A stretch of 34,376 nucleotides of DNA from Tepidisphaerales bacterium. Lineage in GTDB: Bacteria; Planctomycetota; Phycisphaerae; Tepidisphaerales; Tepidisphaeraceae. Shown piece after piece: positions 1 to 9,438 of the stretch. The stretch's first letter is position 1; every line of letters starts with the position of its first letter. The stretch covers positions 1 through 34,376 of the forward strand of contig JBBRUM010000001.1 of assembly GCA_038247815.1 (NCBI GenBank), read 5' to 3'. The notes below the pieces were generated by a model. The model saw nothing but the letters and a program-made list of their open reading frames with translations, searched no databases and was not told the DNA's origin. Position numbers and translations under genes: made by a program.

Positions 1-684
1 AGCTTCTACATTCCAACCACGCCCGACACGCTGTGCGGCGCCTGGATCGCCATCGACGACGTCGACGAGTACAATGGCGCGATGTGGTTCGCCAAGGGCA
101 GCGGCCACGAGCCGGTGTACCCCCCTTGCCCGGAAGTCGGCTATGGGTTCGGCGACAAACTCATCGGCGACATCCAGTACATCAAGGGCGTATCCGACGA
201 CCGCGACGAGCACAACCATCTCTCCCCCATCGCCGCCAACTACGACCAGTTGCTCGCCACGATGAGTGCCGGCGACGTCGCATTCTTCAACGGCCACGTC
301 CTTCACCGCAGCAAACGCAATATCACCAAGGACCGCTTCCGCCGGAGCTTCGTCGGGCACTATTGCAACGCCCGATCGTTTACGCAGTGGGGCGCTGACA
401 CGCAAGCCGGCAACGACCCCCACGCCGCGCCCACAATCGACGCCGTGACCAAATCGACCAACGCCAGCCACATCCTCGCCCGCGGCGACACCCACCTCCC
501 CTTCGCCCTCCCCCGATTCGGTACCCCCTGCGCCGCGTACCTCTCCCAAGCCGAACGCGCCAAACGCTGGGAATACGTCGCCCGAATGATCGCCCAAACG
601 GGCAACGGCCTCATGGGCTGCGCCATCGCCGACCCCACCGTAAAGCATGACCACGACGACGAGCCGAAAAGGGCGGGGTACTGA
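1..684 (+). CDS. Phytanoyl-CoA dioxygenase (PhyH)-family Fe(II)/2-oxoglutarate oxygenase, 5' end outside the window
   Basis: Frame 1 is open from base 1 (SFYIPTTPDTLCGAWIAIDDVDEYNGAMWF...) and runs into the listed 82..684 ORF. The AWIAIDDV..NG and FFNGHVLHRS..N motifs are typical of PhyH jelly-roll oxygenases. Stop TGA at 682-684. Confidence 0.7.
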   Translation, partial: SFYIPTTPDTLCGAWIAIDDVDEYNGAMWFAKGSGHEPVYPPCPEVGYGFGDKLIGDIQYIKGVSDDRDEHNHLSPIAANYDQLLATMSAGDVAFFNGHVLHRSKRNITKDRFRRSFVGHYCNARSFTQWGADTQAGNDPHAAPTIDAVTKSTNASHILARGDTHLPFALPRFGTPCAAYLSQAERAKRWEYVARMIAQTGNGLMGCAIADPTVKHDHDDEPKRAGY

Positions 685-711
685 GGCTCGGTCGTTGACT
701 CGGTCTACGCA

Positions 712-870
712 ACGGGGCACAGAGAGGGCAGAGGGCCGCGCCTACAGAGAAGGCGCGAGAGACAAATGCGAGTTCGGAAAAGCCAGGTCAGAGGTTCTTC
801 TGACACACGCAACTCGCCGTTGCTCTCCCCGCCTCGGTGAGCGAAGCCCTCCGCCTTCTCTGTGCCCCGT
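712..870. repeat. 25-nt imperfect inverted repeat (712-736 / 846-870) enclosing about 109 nt with nested hairpins; candidate structured RNA or REP/MITE-like element
   Basis: Hand pairing of the arms gives 23 Watson-Crick pairs, 1 G:T and 1 A/C mismatch over 25 positions. Inner hairpins: 737-757 (7 bp, loop ACAGAGA) and 768-817 (7 bp) containing 787-804 (6 bp). Only short mutually overlapping ORFs cover it. Confidence 0.5.
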
Positions 871-909
871 CGCCCCCCACGCTCGGAGGCTCCCACAAAC
901 GCACCCGCG

Positions 910-918
910 TGATATACT
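910..918 (+). promoter_or_regulatory. Extended -10-like box TGATATACT, 6 nt upstream of the gatB ATG
   Basis: TGnTATACT is read directly at 910-918. No good -35 box. The spacing would put the TSS at or next to the ATG at 925. Confidence 0.3.
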
Positions 919-924
919 CCCGAC

Positions 925-2388
925 ATGATTCGCAAATGCGTCAGCCACAAAGTGTTGGTGGGACTCGAGATCCACGTTCAGCTCGCCACCAAGAGCAAGA
1001 TGTTCACCGGGGCACTCAACGGGTTCGGCGGCGAGCCGAACTCGCAGGTCGACGAGGTCGTGCTCGGCTTGCCGGGGGTGTTGCCGGTGATGAACAAGAA
1101 GGCGGTCGAGTTTTCGATGATGGTGGGGCTAGCCCTGGGCTGCGAGATCGCCAAGCACACCAAATGGGACAGGAAGAGCTACTACTACCCCGATTTGCCG
1201 AAGAACTACCAGATTTCGCAGTATGACCTGCCGCTGTGCTTCGGGGGCCGGTTCGGCTTGGAGACGGAGGACGGGGTGAGGGAGATCCGCATCCGCCGCG
1301 CTCACCTTGAGGAAGACGCCGGAAAGCTCATGCACGAAGCCCCCGGCGGCTATCACATCGACTACTCCATCGTCGATCTCAACCGCGCCGGCACCCCCCT
1401 GCTCGAGATTGTCACCGAGCCGGACTTCGACTCGCCCAAAACCGTTTCCGCCTTCGCTCAGGAGCTCCAGAAGCTTGTGCAGTTTCTCGGCGTTTCCGAG
1501 GGCCAAATGCAAATGGGCCACATGCGATTCGAGCCGAACATCAACGTCCACATCACCGATCAGGACGGCAAAGTCCACAAAACCGCGATCACCGAAATCA
1601 AGAACCTCAACAGCTTCAGCGTGCTGGAGAAGGCGACGGCGTACGAGGTCGTGCGGCAGATCGCACAATGGGAGCAAACCGGCGACCTCGGCCGCAAGAG
1701 CACCTACGGCTGGGACGACGCCAAACAAGTCACCGTCCACCAACGCGACAAAGAAGAGGCCAACGACTACCGCTACTTCCCCGACCCCGACCTCGTTCCC
1801 GTCGAGGTCGGCGCGGAATGGCTTGCTGAGGTCAAAACGCGCGTCGGCGAACTCCCAGCCGCCCGTCGGCGAAGATACGTCGAGGTCCTCGGCCTTCCCC
1901 CGGCCGACGCCGTCATCCTCGCCGGAGACCGCGCCACCGGCGACTTCTACGAAGCCGCCCTCGCCGCCGGCGGCGAAGCCAAGCGCGTCAGCAACCTCAT
2001 CCTCAGCCACGGCCGCCGCCTCGCCAACGAGAAAGCCCGCCCCCTCGCCGACATCGGCATCGCCGCCGCACGATTCGCCGACGTCGCAAAATTGGTTGAC
2101 GCCGGCGCGATCACCGCCAGCAGCGCCGGCCCCCTCTTCGATAAACTCGCCCAAACAGACGCCAACCCCGCCGACCTCGCCCGGGAACTTGGCCTCGTCC
2201 TCAGCAACGACACCGCAGCCGTCGACACCGCCATCGACGCCCTCATCGCCGCCAACTCCAAACCCCTCCAAGACTTCCGCGGCGGCAAAGCCTCCGCCCT
2301 CGGTGCCCTCACCGGCATGGTGATGAAATCAGTCAGAGGCGCAAACCCGCAGGTGGTGCAGCAGAGGTTGAGGGAAAAGCTGGGCTGA
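925..2388 (+). CDS. gatB: Asp-tRNA(Asn)/Glu-tRNA(Gln) amidotransferase subunit B
   Basis: 487 aa. VGLEIHVQL, DLNRAGTPLLEIVTEPD and a C-terminal YqeY-like tail match the GatB layout. ATG start, TGA stop. Confidence 0.95.
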   Translation: MIRKCVSHKVLVGLEIHVQLATKSKMFTGALNGFGGEPNSQVDEVVLGLPGVLPVMNKKAVEFSMMVGLALGCEIAKHTKWDRKSYYYPDLPKNYQISQYDLPLCFGGRFGLETEDGVREIRIRRAHLEEDAGKLMHEAPGGYHIDYSIVDLNRAGTPLLEIVTEPDFDSPKTVSAFAQELQKLVQFLGVSEGQMQMGHMRFEPNINVHITDQDGKVHKTAITEIKNLNSFSVLEKATAYEVVRQIAQWEQTGDLGRKSTYGWDDAKQVTVHQRDKEEANDYRYFPDPDLVPVEVGAEWLAEVKTRVGELPAARRRRYVEVLGLPPADAVILAGDRATGDFYEAALAAGGEAKRVSNLILSHGRRLANEKARPLADIGIAAARFADVAKLVDAGAITASSAGPLFDKLAQTDANPADLARELGLVLSNDTAAVDTAIDALIAANSKPLQDFRGGKASALGALTGMVMKSVRGANPQVVQQRLREKLG

Positions 2389-2426
2389 GTCCGACCTAAC
2401 CTTCGCCCCGTTCAAGGTGAGGCCGG

Positions 2427-3893
2427 CTAGAACAGCTTGAGGTAAGGCAAATCCGATCGCCCCATCAGCGCCGTGTCGATGGCCTGCGCCGCTTGGCGGC
2501 CCTCCGAAATCGCCCAGACGACCAGCGACTGCCCGCGGCGCATGTCCCCGGCGGCGAAGACATCAGGGACACTGGTGGCGTAGTTCGCCCCGACCGCGAT
2601 GTTACCGCGTACGTCCAGCGCGAGACCCAGCTGCTCGACCATCCCCTCCTTCTCCGGCCCGGCGAATCCGATCGCCACAAGGCACAGGTCGCAGGGGATG
2701 TCGAACTCCGAATCCGGCGCCTCCACGGCCGTGCGACGGTCGAAGATGTTCTTGTACTCAAGCCGCGCGCAGCGGATCGCCTTCACGTTGCCGTGGCCGT
2801 CGTCGACGAAGTGCTTCGTGTGGATGGCCCACTCGCGGTTGCCGCCCTCCTCGTGCGCCGGCCAGGAATGCAGCTTCGCCGGCCAGTACGGCCAGGGGGC
2901 CATCTCAGCCGTGCGCTGCTCGGGCGGGCGGGGGTAAATATTGATCTGCGTCACCGAAGCCGCCTTCTGCCGGTGCGCGCTGCCCAGGCAGTCGGCTGCG
3001 GTGTCGCCGCCGCCGATGATCACGACGTTTTTCCCCTCGGCGTGGATGTGCTGTTGTTCGAAAATGACATCCCCGACGCTGCCGCCGAGGTTCTTCTTTG
3101 TCGGCTGGGGGAGATAGCTCATCGCCAGGTGAATGCCCTTGAGGTCCCTGCCGGGAATGTCGATGTCGCGCGCCTTGCACGCGCCGGCTGCCAGTAGAAC
3201 CGCGTCAAATTCGCGTCGCAGTTCGTCGACCGGCACGTTCACCCCGATGTTCGCGTGGCACTTGAACGTGATCCCCTCGGCTTCCATGAGCTTGATCCGC
3301 CGGTCCACCGTGCGCTTGTCCATTTTGAAATCCGGGATGCCGTACAGAAGCAATCCGCCCGGCCGGTCAGACCTCTCGAACACGGTCACCAAATGCCCGG
3401 CCCGGTTGAGCTGCTGCGCAGCCGCCAAACCCGTTGGCCCCGAGCCCACCACCGCCACCTTCTTCCCCGTACGCGAAGCCGGCGGCCGCGCCACGATCCA
3501 CCCCATCTCAAACCCCTTGTCCACGATCGCCTGCTCGATTGTTTTGATGGCCACCGGCTTGTCCGTGATCGCCAGTACGCACGCCTCCTCGCAGGGTGCC
3601 GGGCAGATCCGCCCCGTCCACTCCGGGAAGTTGTTCGTCGACAGCAGCGACTCCAGCGCCTCCCGCCACTGGCCCCGGTACACCAGGTCGTTCCAGTCCG
3701 GAATCTTGTTACCCAGGGGACACCCGTTGTTGCAAAAGGGGACGCCACAGTCCATGCACCGCGCGCCCTGCTCCTTCAGCGTCTTCTCCGACAGCGGAAG
3801 ATACACCTCCTCCCAGTCGAGAATGCGCAGCCCCACCGGGCGCCTCTTCGCGGTCTCGCGGGAGTATTCCTTGAATCCAGTCGGCTTACCCAT
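2427..3893 (-). CDS. gltD: Glutamate synthase (NADPH) small subunit
   Basis: 488 aa. MGKPTGFKEY N-terminus, CMDCGVPFC..GCP Fe-S cysteines, VVGSGPTGLAAA dinucleotide fold. Confidence 0.95.
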   Translation of the reverse strand: MGKPTGFKEYSRETAKRRPVGLRILDWEEVYLPLSEKTLKEQGARCMDCGVPFCNNGCPLGNKIPDWNDLVYRGQWREALESLLSTNNFPEWTGRICPAPCEEACVLAITDKPVAIKTIEQAIVDKGFEMGWIVARPPASRTGKKVAVVGSGPTGLAAAQQLNRAGHLVTVFERSDRPGGLLLYGIPDFKMDKRTVDRRIKLMEAEGITFKCHANIGVNVPVDELRREFDAVLLAAGACKARDIDIPGRDLKGIHLAMSYLPQPTKKNLGGSVGDVIFEQQHIHAEGKNVVIIGGGDTAADCLGSAHRQKAASVTQINIYPRPPEQRTAEMAPWPYWPAKLHSWPAHEEGGNREWAIHTKHFVDDGHGNVKAIRCARLEYKNIFDRRTAVEAPDSEFDIPCDLCLVAIGFAGPEKEGMVEQLGLALDVRGNIAVGANYATSVPDVFAAGDMRRGQSLVVWAISEGRQAAQAIDTALMGRSDLPYLKLF

Positions 3894-3910
3894 TATTCAA
3901 TTCCTTCAAC

Positions 3911-3939
3911 ACCGCAGAAGAACGCAGATCAACGCAGAT
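3911..3939. repeat. Distal arm of the inverted repeat bracketing the GxxExxY gene (tandem decamers ACCGCAGAAG-AACGCAGATC-AACGCAGAT)
   Basis: The reverse complement of 4314-4342 matches 3911-3939 at 25 of 29 positions (hand alignment; blocks of 8, 8 and 9 matches). Confidence 0.8.
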
Positions 3940-3951
3940 GGGGAAATCACG

Positions 3952-4347
3952 CTAAAAGTTACGGACAAATCGCTTCATTTCAACTTTCGGATTGGCAAAG
4001 TTCACCAGTAAACACACCTTGAGTCCGGACGCCTTCACGTAGTTGCAGCACTGGCCCGTGTGAACATCGTCGATGGCTTTTACAGTCTTGATCTTAACCA
4101 AGATCTCACCAGCTACCACAGGTTCCGCGAGATACTCGCCCATTGAAATCTCGTCATGGAAAATGTTGAACCTAGCCTGCTGTAACACCGCCAGACTCGC
4201 CTCTCGAAGTTCATCCGCCATCGAATTCTCGCACACTTTCTCCACAAAGCTGCACCCCAGCGTGTTGGACACCCTGAAGCTGCCCCCGACGATTGCTACC
4301 GTCAGCTCCGCCAATCTGCGTTCATCTGCGTGTATCTGCGGTTTCAT
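3952..4347 (-). CDS. GxxExxY-family PD-(D/E)XK-like small protein
   Basis: 131 aa. Its layout parallels the GxxExxY family: LGCSFVEKVCE (Tyr replaced by Cys), GEYLAE..., ILVKIKTVK, QCCNYVKASGLKVCLLVNF...KRFV. AGGAG lies 6 nt upstream of the ATG and overlaps the gltB stop codon. Confidence 0.8.
   Translation of the reverse strand: MKPQIHADERRLAELTVAIVGGSFRVSNTLGCSFVEKVCENSMADELREASLAVLQQARFNIFHDEISMGEYLAEPVVAGEILVKIKTVKAIDDVHTGQCCNYVKASGLKVCLLVNFANPKVEMKRFVRNF
4314..4342. repeat. Proximal arm of the inverted repeat, lying inside codons 3-12 of the GxxExxY gene
   Basis: ATCTGCGTTCATCTGCGTGTATCTGCGGT is the partner of 3911-3939. It encodes the PQIHADERRL N-terminus. Confidence 0.8.
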
Positions 4348-4355
4348 TTCTTCTC

Positions 4356-7300
4356 CTAAACCCCGACCTTCAGCTGCCCGGCTTCTTTGGCCCTGCGTTC
4401 GACCTCCGCCTGCTTCTCCAGTACGCGGCGGTAATCTTTCGGCATGACCTTCACGAACCAGCGCGATTCCCGCTCGAATTCATCGAGGATGTTCCTAGCC
4501 AGTGTCGAACCCGTGAACCGGTAGTGGTTGTCCAGCAGGCGGCGGAGTGTGTGCTCGTCGTCGGGCTGGTCTGGCTTGTCGAGGTCGACCATTTCGAGGT
4601 TGCAGAGTTTCGAGAACATGCCCCGGTCGTCGTAGACGTACGCGATCCCGCCGGACATCCCGGCCGCGAAGTTCCGCCCCGTGCCGCCGAGGATCACCAC
4701 GCGCCCGCCGGTCATGTATTCGCAGCCGTGGTCGCCGCACCCCTCGACCACCGCCGACGCGCCTGAGTTTCGCACGCAGAACCGCTCGCCCACCACCCCG
4801 CGCAGGTAAATCTCCCCCGACGTCGCGCCATACCCGATCACATTCCCCGCGATGATGTTCTCCTCCGGCCGGAACGTCGCCTCCCGCGCGGGATACACGA
4901 TCACCCTTCCGCCCGAGAGACCCTTTCCCACATAGTCGTTCGCGTCGCCCTCAAGTTCGAGCGTCACCCCGCGCGCAAGAAACGCCCCGAACGACTGCCC
5001 CGCGTGGCCGAGGAACTTGAACCGGATCAGGTCCTCGCCCGGCCCAGCCTGCGCCGGCTGAAGGCCCGCCTGCCCGTGCTTGGCCGCGATGCGCCCCGAG
5101 AGCATCGCCCCCACCGTGCGGTCAACGTTGGTGATCGCCAGCTCCGCCCGCACCGGCTTGCCTTTGTCGATCGCCGGCGCAGCCAGCTTGATCAGCTTGT
5201 TGTCCAGCGAATCCTTCAGTCCGTGGTCCTGCGCCATCACGCGCCGCGTCGCGGGTTTACGACGGCCCAGTCCCGCGGGGATCTCCGGCTGGGCGAGGAT
5301 CACCGACAGATCGAGGTGCTTGGCTTTCCAGTGCCCTGAGAGGTCTTCAATATCGAGCATGTCGCTCTTGCCCACCATGTCGTCCACCCGGCGAATCCCC
5401 AGCGACGCCATGATCTCCCTCAGCTCCTCGGCCACGAAGAACATGTAGTTGATCACGTGCTCCGGCTTGCCCTGGAACTTTTTCCGCAGCTCGGGGTCTT
5501 GCGTCGCGATCCCCACCGGGCAGGTGTTAAGGTGACACACCCGCATCATGATGCAGCCGGTGGCGATCAGCGGCGCCGTCGAAAACCCGACCTCCTCCGC
5601 CCCCAGCAAAAACGCGATCGCCACATCCCGCCCGGTCTTGATCTGCCCGTCGGTCTGCACCGTCACCCGCCCGCGCAGGTCGTTGAGCACCAGCGTCTGC
5701 TGCGTTTCCGCCAGCCCCAGCTCCCACGGCAACCCGCAGTATTTCAGGCTCGTCAGCGGCGCATTCCCCGTCCCCCCCCCGTCGCCCGAAACCAGGATAT
5801 GGTCGGCCTTCGCCTTCGCCACCCCCGCCGCCACCGTTCCCACTCCCACCTCCGACACCAGCTTCACCGAAATCCGCGCAGCCGGGTTGGCCACCTTCAA
5901 GTCGTGGATCAACTGCGCCAAGTCCTCGATCGAGTAAATGTCGTGGTGCGGCGGCGGCGAAATCAGCCCCACCCCCGGCGTCGAATACCTCAGCTTCCCG
6001 ATGTAGTCATCAACCTTGTTCCCAGCCAGTGCCCCGCCCTCTCCGGGCTTGGCCCCCTGCGCCATCTTGATCTGAATCTCATCCGCGTTCGTCAGATACT
6101 CTATGGTCACGCCGAACCGCCCCGAAGCCACCTGCTTGATCGCGCTCCGCCTCAGGTTCCCGTCCGCGTCGGGCTTGAACCGACGCGGATCCTCACCGCC
6201 CTCGCCCGTATTGCTCTTGCCGCCAATTCGGTTCATCGCAATCGCCAGCGTCTCGTGCGTCTCCGGCGACAGCGACCCCAGCGACATCGCCCCCGTGCAA
6301 AACCGTTTGACGATCTCCGTCGCCGGCTCGACCTCCGACAGCGGTACCGGCCCCTTTTCCGGCGCCCTGAACCGCATCAGCCCCCGCAGCGTGCACCGCG
6401 CAGTCGATTCGTCATTCACCAGCCGCGCAAAATCCCGGTACGTCGCCGCGCTCTCGATCCGCACCGCGTGCTGCAGCTTCGCGATCGTCTCCGGGTTGTA
6501 CTGGTGAAACTCCCCGTCCCGCCGCCATTGATACTGCCCCCCGTCGTCCAGCACGCCCCCCGACCCCTCGCCGTCCACCACGATCGGCGGATACCCCCGC
6601 CGATGACGCAGCAGCGACTCGGTGGCGATCACCTCAAGCCCAATCCCCCCGATCCGCGACGCCGTCCCGTTGAAGTACTGGTCGATCACGTCCCGGGCGA
6701 TCCCGATGGCTTCGAATATCTGCGCCCCCCGGTACGACTGCACCGTCGAAATCCCCATCTTCGACGCCACCTTCAAAATCGCCTTGTTCGCGGCTTTGAT
6801 GTAGTTCTTCTCGGCTTGCTCCAGCTCCAGCCCGTCCGGCAGCAGCGCCACCTTGTGCAGGTCCGCCAGCGTCTCAAACGCCAGGTACGGGTTCACCGCC
6901 CCGGCCCCGTATCCAATGAGCAAACAGAAGTGGTGCGCCTCCCGCGCCTCGCCCGTTTCCACCACCAGCCCCGCCTGCGTCCGCGTTCCCACACGCACCA
7001 GGTGATGGTGCACCGCAGCCGTCGCAAGCAACGACGGAATCGGCGCGTGCTCCGCGTCCACCCCGCGGTCCGAGAGAATCACAATCGTCACCCCCTCCTC
7101 CACCGCCTTCTCCGCCTGCATGCACAGCTCGTCCAGCGCACCCCGAAGCGCCCCCGGCCCCCCCGCCACCTCGAACAGCATCGGCAGCGTCCGCGACTTA
7201 AAGTCACCCGTCCGAACATCGCGCAACTTCTCCAGATCCTCGTTGGCCAGAATCGGGTACTTCAGCTTGATCAGGTGCGCCCCGCGCGGCTTCTCGTCCA

Positions 7301-9008
7301 GCAGGTTCCCCTCCCGCCCGAGGTACGTATACAGCGACGTCACCAGTTCCTCCCGCAGCGCATCCAGCGGAGGGTTGGTCACCTGCGCAAAGAGCTGCCG
7401 GAAGTAGTTGTACAAAAGCTGAGGCTTGTCCGAGAGGCACGCCAGCGGCGTGTCAGACCCCATCGACCCCACCGCCTCCTGCCCCGTCGCCGCCATCGGC
7501 GTCATGATCAGTCGCAGGTCTTCCACCGTGTACCCAAACGCGTGCTGCCGCACCAGCAAAGTCGCGTGATCCGGCTGTTTCACCTCAGCCGACTCCGGCA
7601 GGTCGTCCAGCTCCACCATGTATTCGTCGATCCATCGCTTCCACGGCCGCTTGTCCACCAAATCGCGCTTGATCTCCGCGTCGTCGATGATCCGGCCCTG
7701 CTCGGTGTCGATCATGAAGATCTTCCCCGGCTCAAGTCGCCACTTCCGCAGGATGTTCTCCTCCGGCACCGGCGTCACACCCACCTCCGACGCCATGATC
7801 ACCAGATCGTCCTTCGTCACGTAATACCGACTCGGCCGCAAGCCATTGCGATCCAGCACCGCCCCGATCTGCCGCCCGTTGGTGAACACAATGCTCGCCG
7901 GCCCGTCCCACGGCTCCATCAAGCACGCGTGGTACTCGTAGAACGCCCGCAAGTCCGGATCCATCAGCGGGTTGTTCTGCCACGCCTCGGGAATCAGCAT
8001 CAGCACCGCGTGTGGCAGCGTTCTCCCGTTCACGCACAAAAATTGCAGCGCATTGTCGAACGTCGCCGAGTCACTCCCCGACTCCGTCAAAATCGGAAAC
8101 AGCTTCGACAACTCCGACCCGAACACCTCCGACCTCAGCGACCCGTACCGCGCCCGCATCCAGTTGCGGTTGCCCCGCAGCGTATTGATCTCCCCGTTGT
8201 GCGCCACATATCTAAACGGATGCGCCAGCCGCCACGACGGAAATGTGTTCGTCGAAAACCGCGAATGAACCACCGCCAACGACGACTCAAAATCCGGGTC
8301 CGACAAGTCCAGGTAATACTGCCGCAGCTGCTCCGCCGTCAGCATCCCCTTGTACACAATCCGATTGCCCGAAATCGTCGAAATATAAAACGTGTCCCGC
8401 GTCGCCTGCGACACCTCCCCGTACTCGACGTGGTTCTCCGCCACCTGCCGAATCAAGTACAGACGCCGCTCGAAATCCGCCCGGTTGAAGAAGTGCTCGC
8501 CCATCCCCACGATCACCTGCCGTATCCTCGGCTCGCACTTCTTCGGCGACGGACCGATGAACTTGTTGTTCACCGGCACGTCCCGCCATCCCAGCACCAC
8601 AAACCCATTGTCGCGGATCGACCGCTCGATGATCGCCTCCGACTCGTGCCTCGCCGCGATTTCCTTCGGCAAAAAACACGTCGCCACCGCGTACTGCCCC
8701 AGCGGCGGCAGGTTGATCCCCAACTTCGCCGCCTCCCGACGGATAAACCGATCCGGCAACCGCACCAGAATCCCCGCCCCGTCCCCCGAGTCCGGCTCGC
8801 ACCCGCACGCCCCGCGATGGCTCATCCGTTCGAGCATCTCCAGCGCCTGCTGCACGATCTTGTGCGACGCCTGATTCTTAATGTGGCAGATAAACCCCAC
8901 CCCACACGCGTCCTTCTCGTTCGCCGGGTCGTACAACCCATGGGCAACGGGCATACCAGGGACGACACGGGGGGCGCGGTCTAGTTTGGCGAGTTCGCTG
9001 GGGGTCAT
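4356..9008 (-). CDS. gltB: Glutamate synthase large subunit
   Basis: Ntn-amidotransferase Cys in [14 protein letters not shown]/Fe-S central domains and a C-terminal GXGXG beta-helix domain. The start is placed at the ATG at 9008 (MTPSELAKL...). The ORF is open up to 9152, but that extension looks non-coding. Confidence 0.93.
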   Translation of the reverse strand: MTPSELAKLDRAPRVVPGMPVAHGLYDPANEKDACGVGFICHIKNQASHKIVQQALEMLERMSHRGACGCEPDSGDGAGILVRLPDRFIRREAAKLGINLPPLGQYAVATCFLPKEIAARHESEAIIERSIRDNGFVVLGWRDVPVNNKFIGPSPKKCEPRIRQVIVGMGEHFFNRADFERRLYLIRQVAENHVEYGEVSQATRDTFYISTISGNRIVYKGMLTAEQLRQYYLDLSDPDFESSLAVVHSRFSTNTFPSWRLAHPFRYVAHNGEINTLRGNRNWMRARYGSLRSEVFGSELSKLFPILTESGSDSATFDNALQFLCVNGRTLPHAVLMLIPEAWQNNPLMDPDLRAFYEYHACLMEPWDGPASIVFTNGRQIGAVLDRNGLRPSRYYVTKDDLVIMASEVGVTPVPEENILRKWRLEPGKIFMIDTEQGRIIDDAEIKRDLVDKRPWKRWIDEYMVELDDLPESAEVKQPDHATLLVRQHAFGYTVEDLRLIMTPMAATGQEAVGSMGSDTPLACLSDKPQLLYNYFRQLFAQVTNPPLDALREELVTSLYTYLGREGNLLDEKPRGAHLIKLKYPILANEDLEKLRDVRTGDFKSRTLPMLFEVAGGPGALRGALDELCMQAEKAVEEGVTIVILSDRGVDAEHAPIPSLLATAAVHHHLVRVGTRTQAGLVVETGEAREAHHFCLLIGYGAGAVNPYLAFETLADLHKVALLPDGLELEQAEKNYIKAANKAILKVASKMGISTVQSYRGAQIFEAIGIARDVIDQYFNGTASRIGGIGLEVIATESLLRHRRGYPPIVVDGEGSGGVLDDGGQYQWRRDGEFHQYNPETIAKLQHAVRIESAATYRDFARLVNDESTARCTLRGLMRFRAPEKGPVPLSEVEPATEIVKRFCTGAMSLGSLSPETHETLAIAMNRIGGKSNTGEGGEDPRRFKPDADGNLRRSAIKQVASGRFGVTIEYLTNADEIQIKMAQGAKPGEGGALAGNKVDDYIGKLRYSTPGVGLISPPPHHDIYSIEDLAQLIHDLKVANPAARISVKLVSEVGVGTVAAGVAKAKADHILVSGDGGGTGNAPLTSLKYCGLPWELGLAETQQTLVLNDLRGRVTVQTDGQIKTGRDVAIAFLLGAEEVGFSTAPLIATGCIMMRVCHLNTCPVGIATQDPELRKKFQGKPEHVINYMFFVAEELREIMASLGIRRVDDMVGKSDMLDIEDLSGHWKAKHLDLSVILAQPEIPAGLGRRKPATRRVMAQDHGLKDSLDNKLIKLAAPAIDKGKPVRAELAITNVDRTVGAMLSGRIAAKHGQAGLQPAQAGPGEDLIRFKFLGHAGQSFGAFLARGVTLELEGDANDYVGKGLSGGRVIVYPAREATFRPEENIIAGNVIGYGATSGEIYLRGVVGERFCVRNSGASAVVEGCGDHGCEYMTGGRVVILGGTGRNFAAGMSGGIAYVYDDRGMFSKLCNLEMVDLDKPDQPDDEHTLRRLLDNHYRFTGSTLARNILDEFERESRWFVKVMPKDYRRVLEKQAEVERRAKEAGQLKVGV

Positions 9009-9381
9009 GGCGGTGGTTCTGGGCTGGGTCAGAAAGTAGAAAATAGTATGAGGGTTGTGAGGTACGAACGGTCCCGCGTCAACGTCAAAAACTCCGAAAC
9101 TCGTCTGAACAGTGGGCACCACAACCGAGGTCCCGATCATCGAGCACAACACACAAAGGATTGTAACTCTCTGCGGTCAGGAGATTTACCTTCTTCATGC
9201 GGCCCGGCCGCCCGGTATTTAGGCACTACGTTGCCATGTGCTTAAATGTCGGGCAATCAGACCCAGGGGCAATCGCTAATGCGGTCGCCCCAACCATAAT
9301 CATCAAACCGCGTTCCAAACCCCGACGTACAACCCGTAACGCTCAACTTTTTTTCGTTACAAAAGTATGGGCAAATCGCTT

Positions 9382-9410
9382 GTTGACCCCACATATGAAG
9401 GGGTTCATAC
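9382..9410 (+). promoter_or_regulatory. Putative sigma-70-type promoter (TTGACC-17 nt-CATACT) for the sigma-factor gene
   Basis: TTGACC at 9382-9387, a 17-nt spacer, and CATACT at 9405-9410, about 29 nt upstream of the ATG at 9439. Confidence 0.35.
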
Positions 9411-9438
9411 TACCCGGGGGTAAAAGAAAGGTCGTCCT

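Noticed and set aside
712-870. The inverted-repeat element as 6S RNA, tmRNA, RNase P RNA or a tRNA
   Set aside because: There is no tRNA-like T-arm, no RNase P GGAAAGUCCGG-type core and no tmRNA tag ORF. The interior forms separate hairpins rather than the single long bulged helix with a central bubble expected of 6S RNA.
2389-2426. Possible terminator between convergent gatB and gltD
   Set aside because: Only a weak 5-bp stem (ACCTT/AAGGT) is present, with no T-tract, so it is not supportable.
5457-8984. A 1175-aa uninterrupted ORF on the plus strand, antisense to gltB
   Set aside because: Its composition is dominated by Arg, Pro, His, Gln and Leu, as expected for the antisense frame of a high-GC gene with strong GC3. 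It lies entirely within a gene with unambiguous GltB motifs. It has no recognisable motif, RBS or independent support.
9009-9152. A 48-codon N-terminal extension of gltB in the ORF track. Similar extensions occur at 15148-15387 (PP2C), 16949-17077 (HlyD), 13749-13832 (PEP-CTERM), 26867-26971 (CysO-like), 19993-20118 (PP2C) and 20044-20118 (trxB).
   Set aside because: The extensions lack family-conserved sequence. They are Pro/Ser/Arg-rich or overlap neighbouring genes or promoters. In each case an internal ATG precedes the expected conserved N-terminus or signal peptide.
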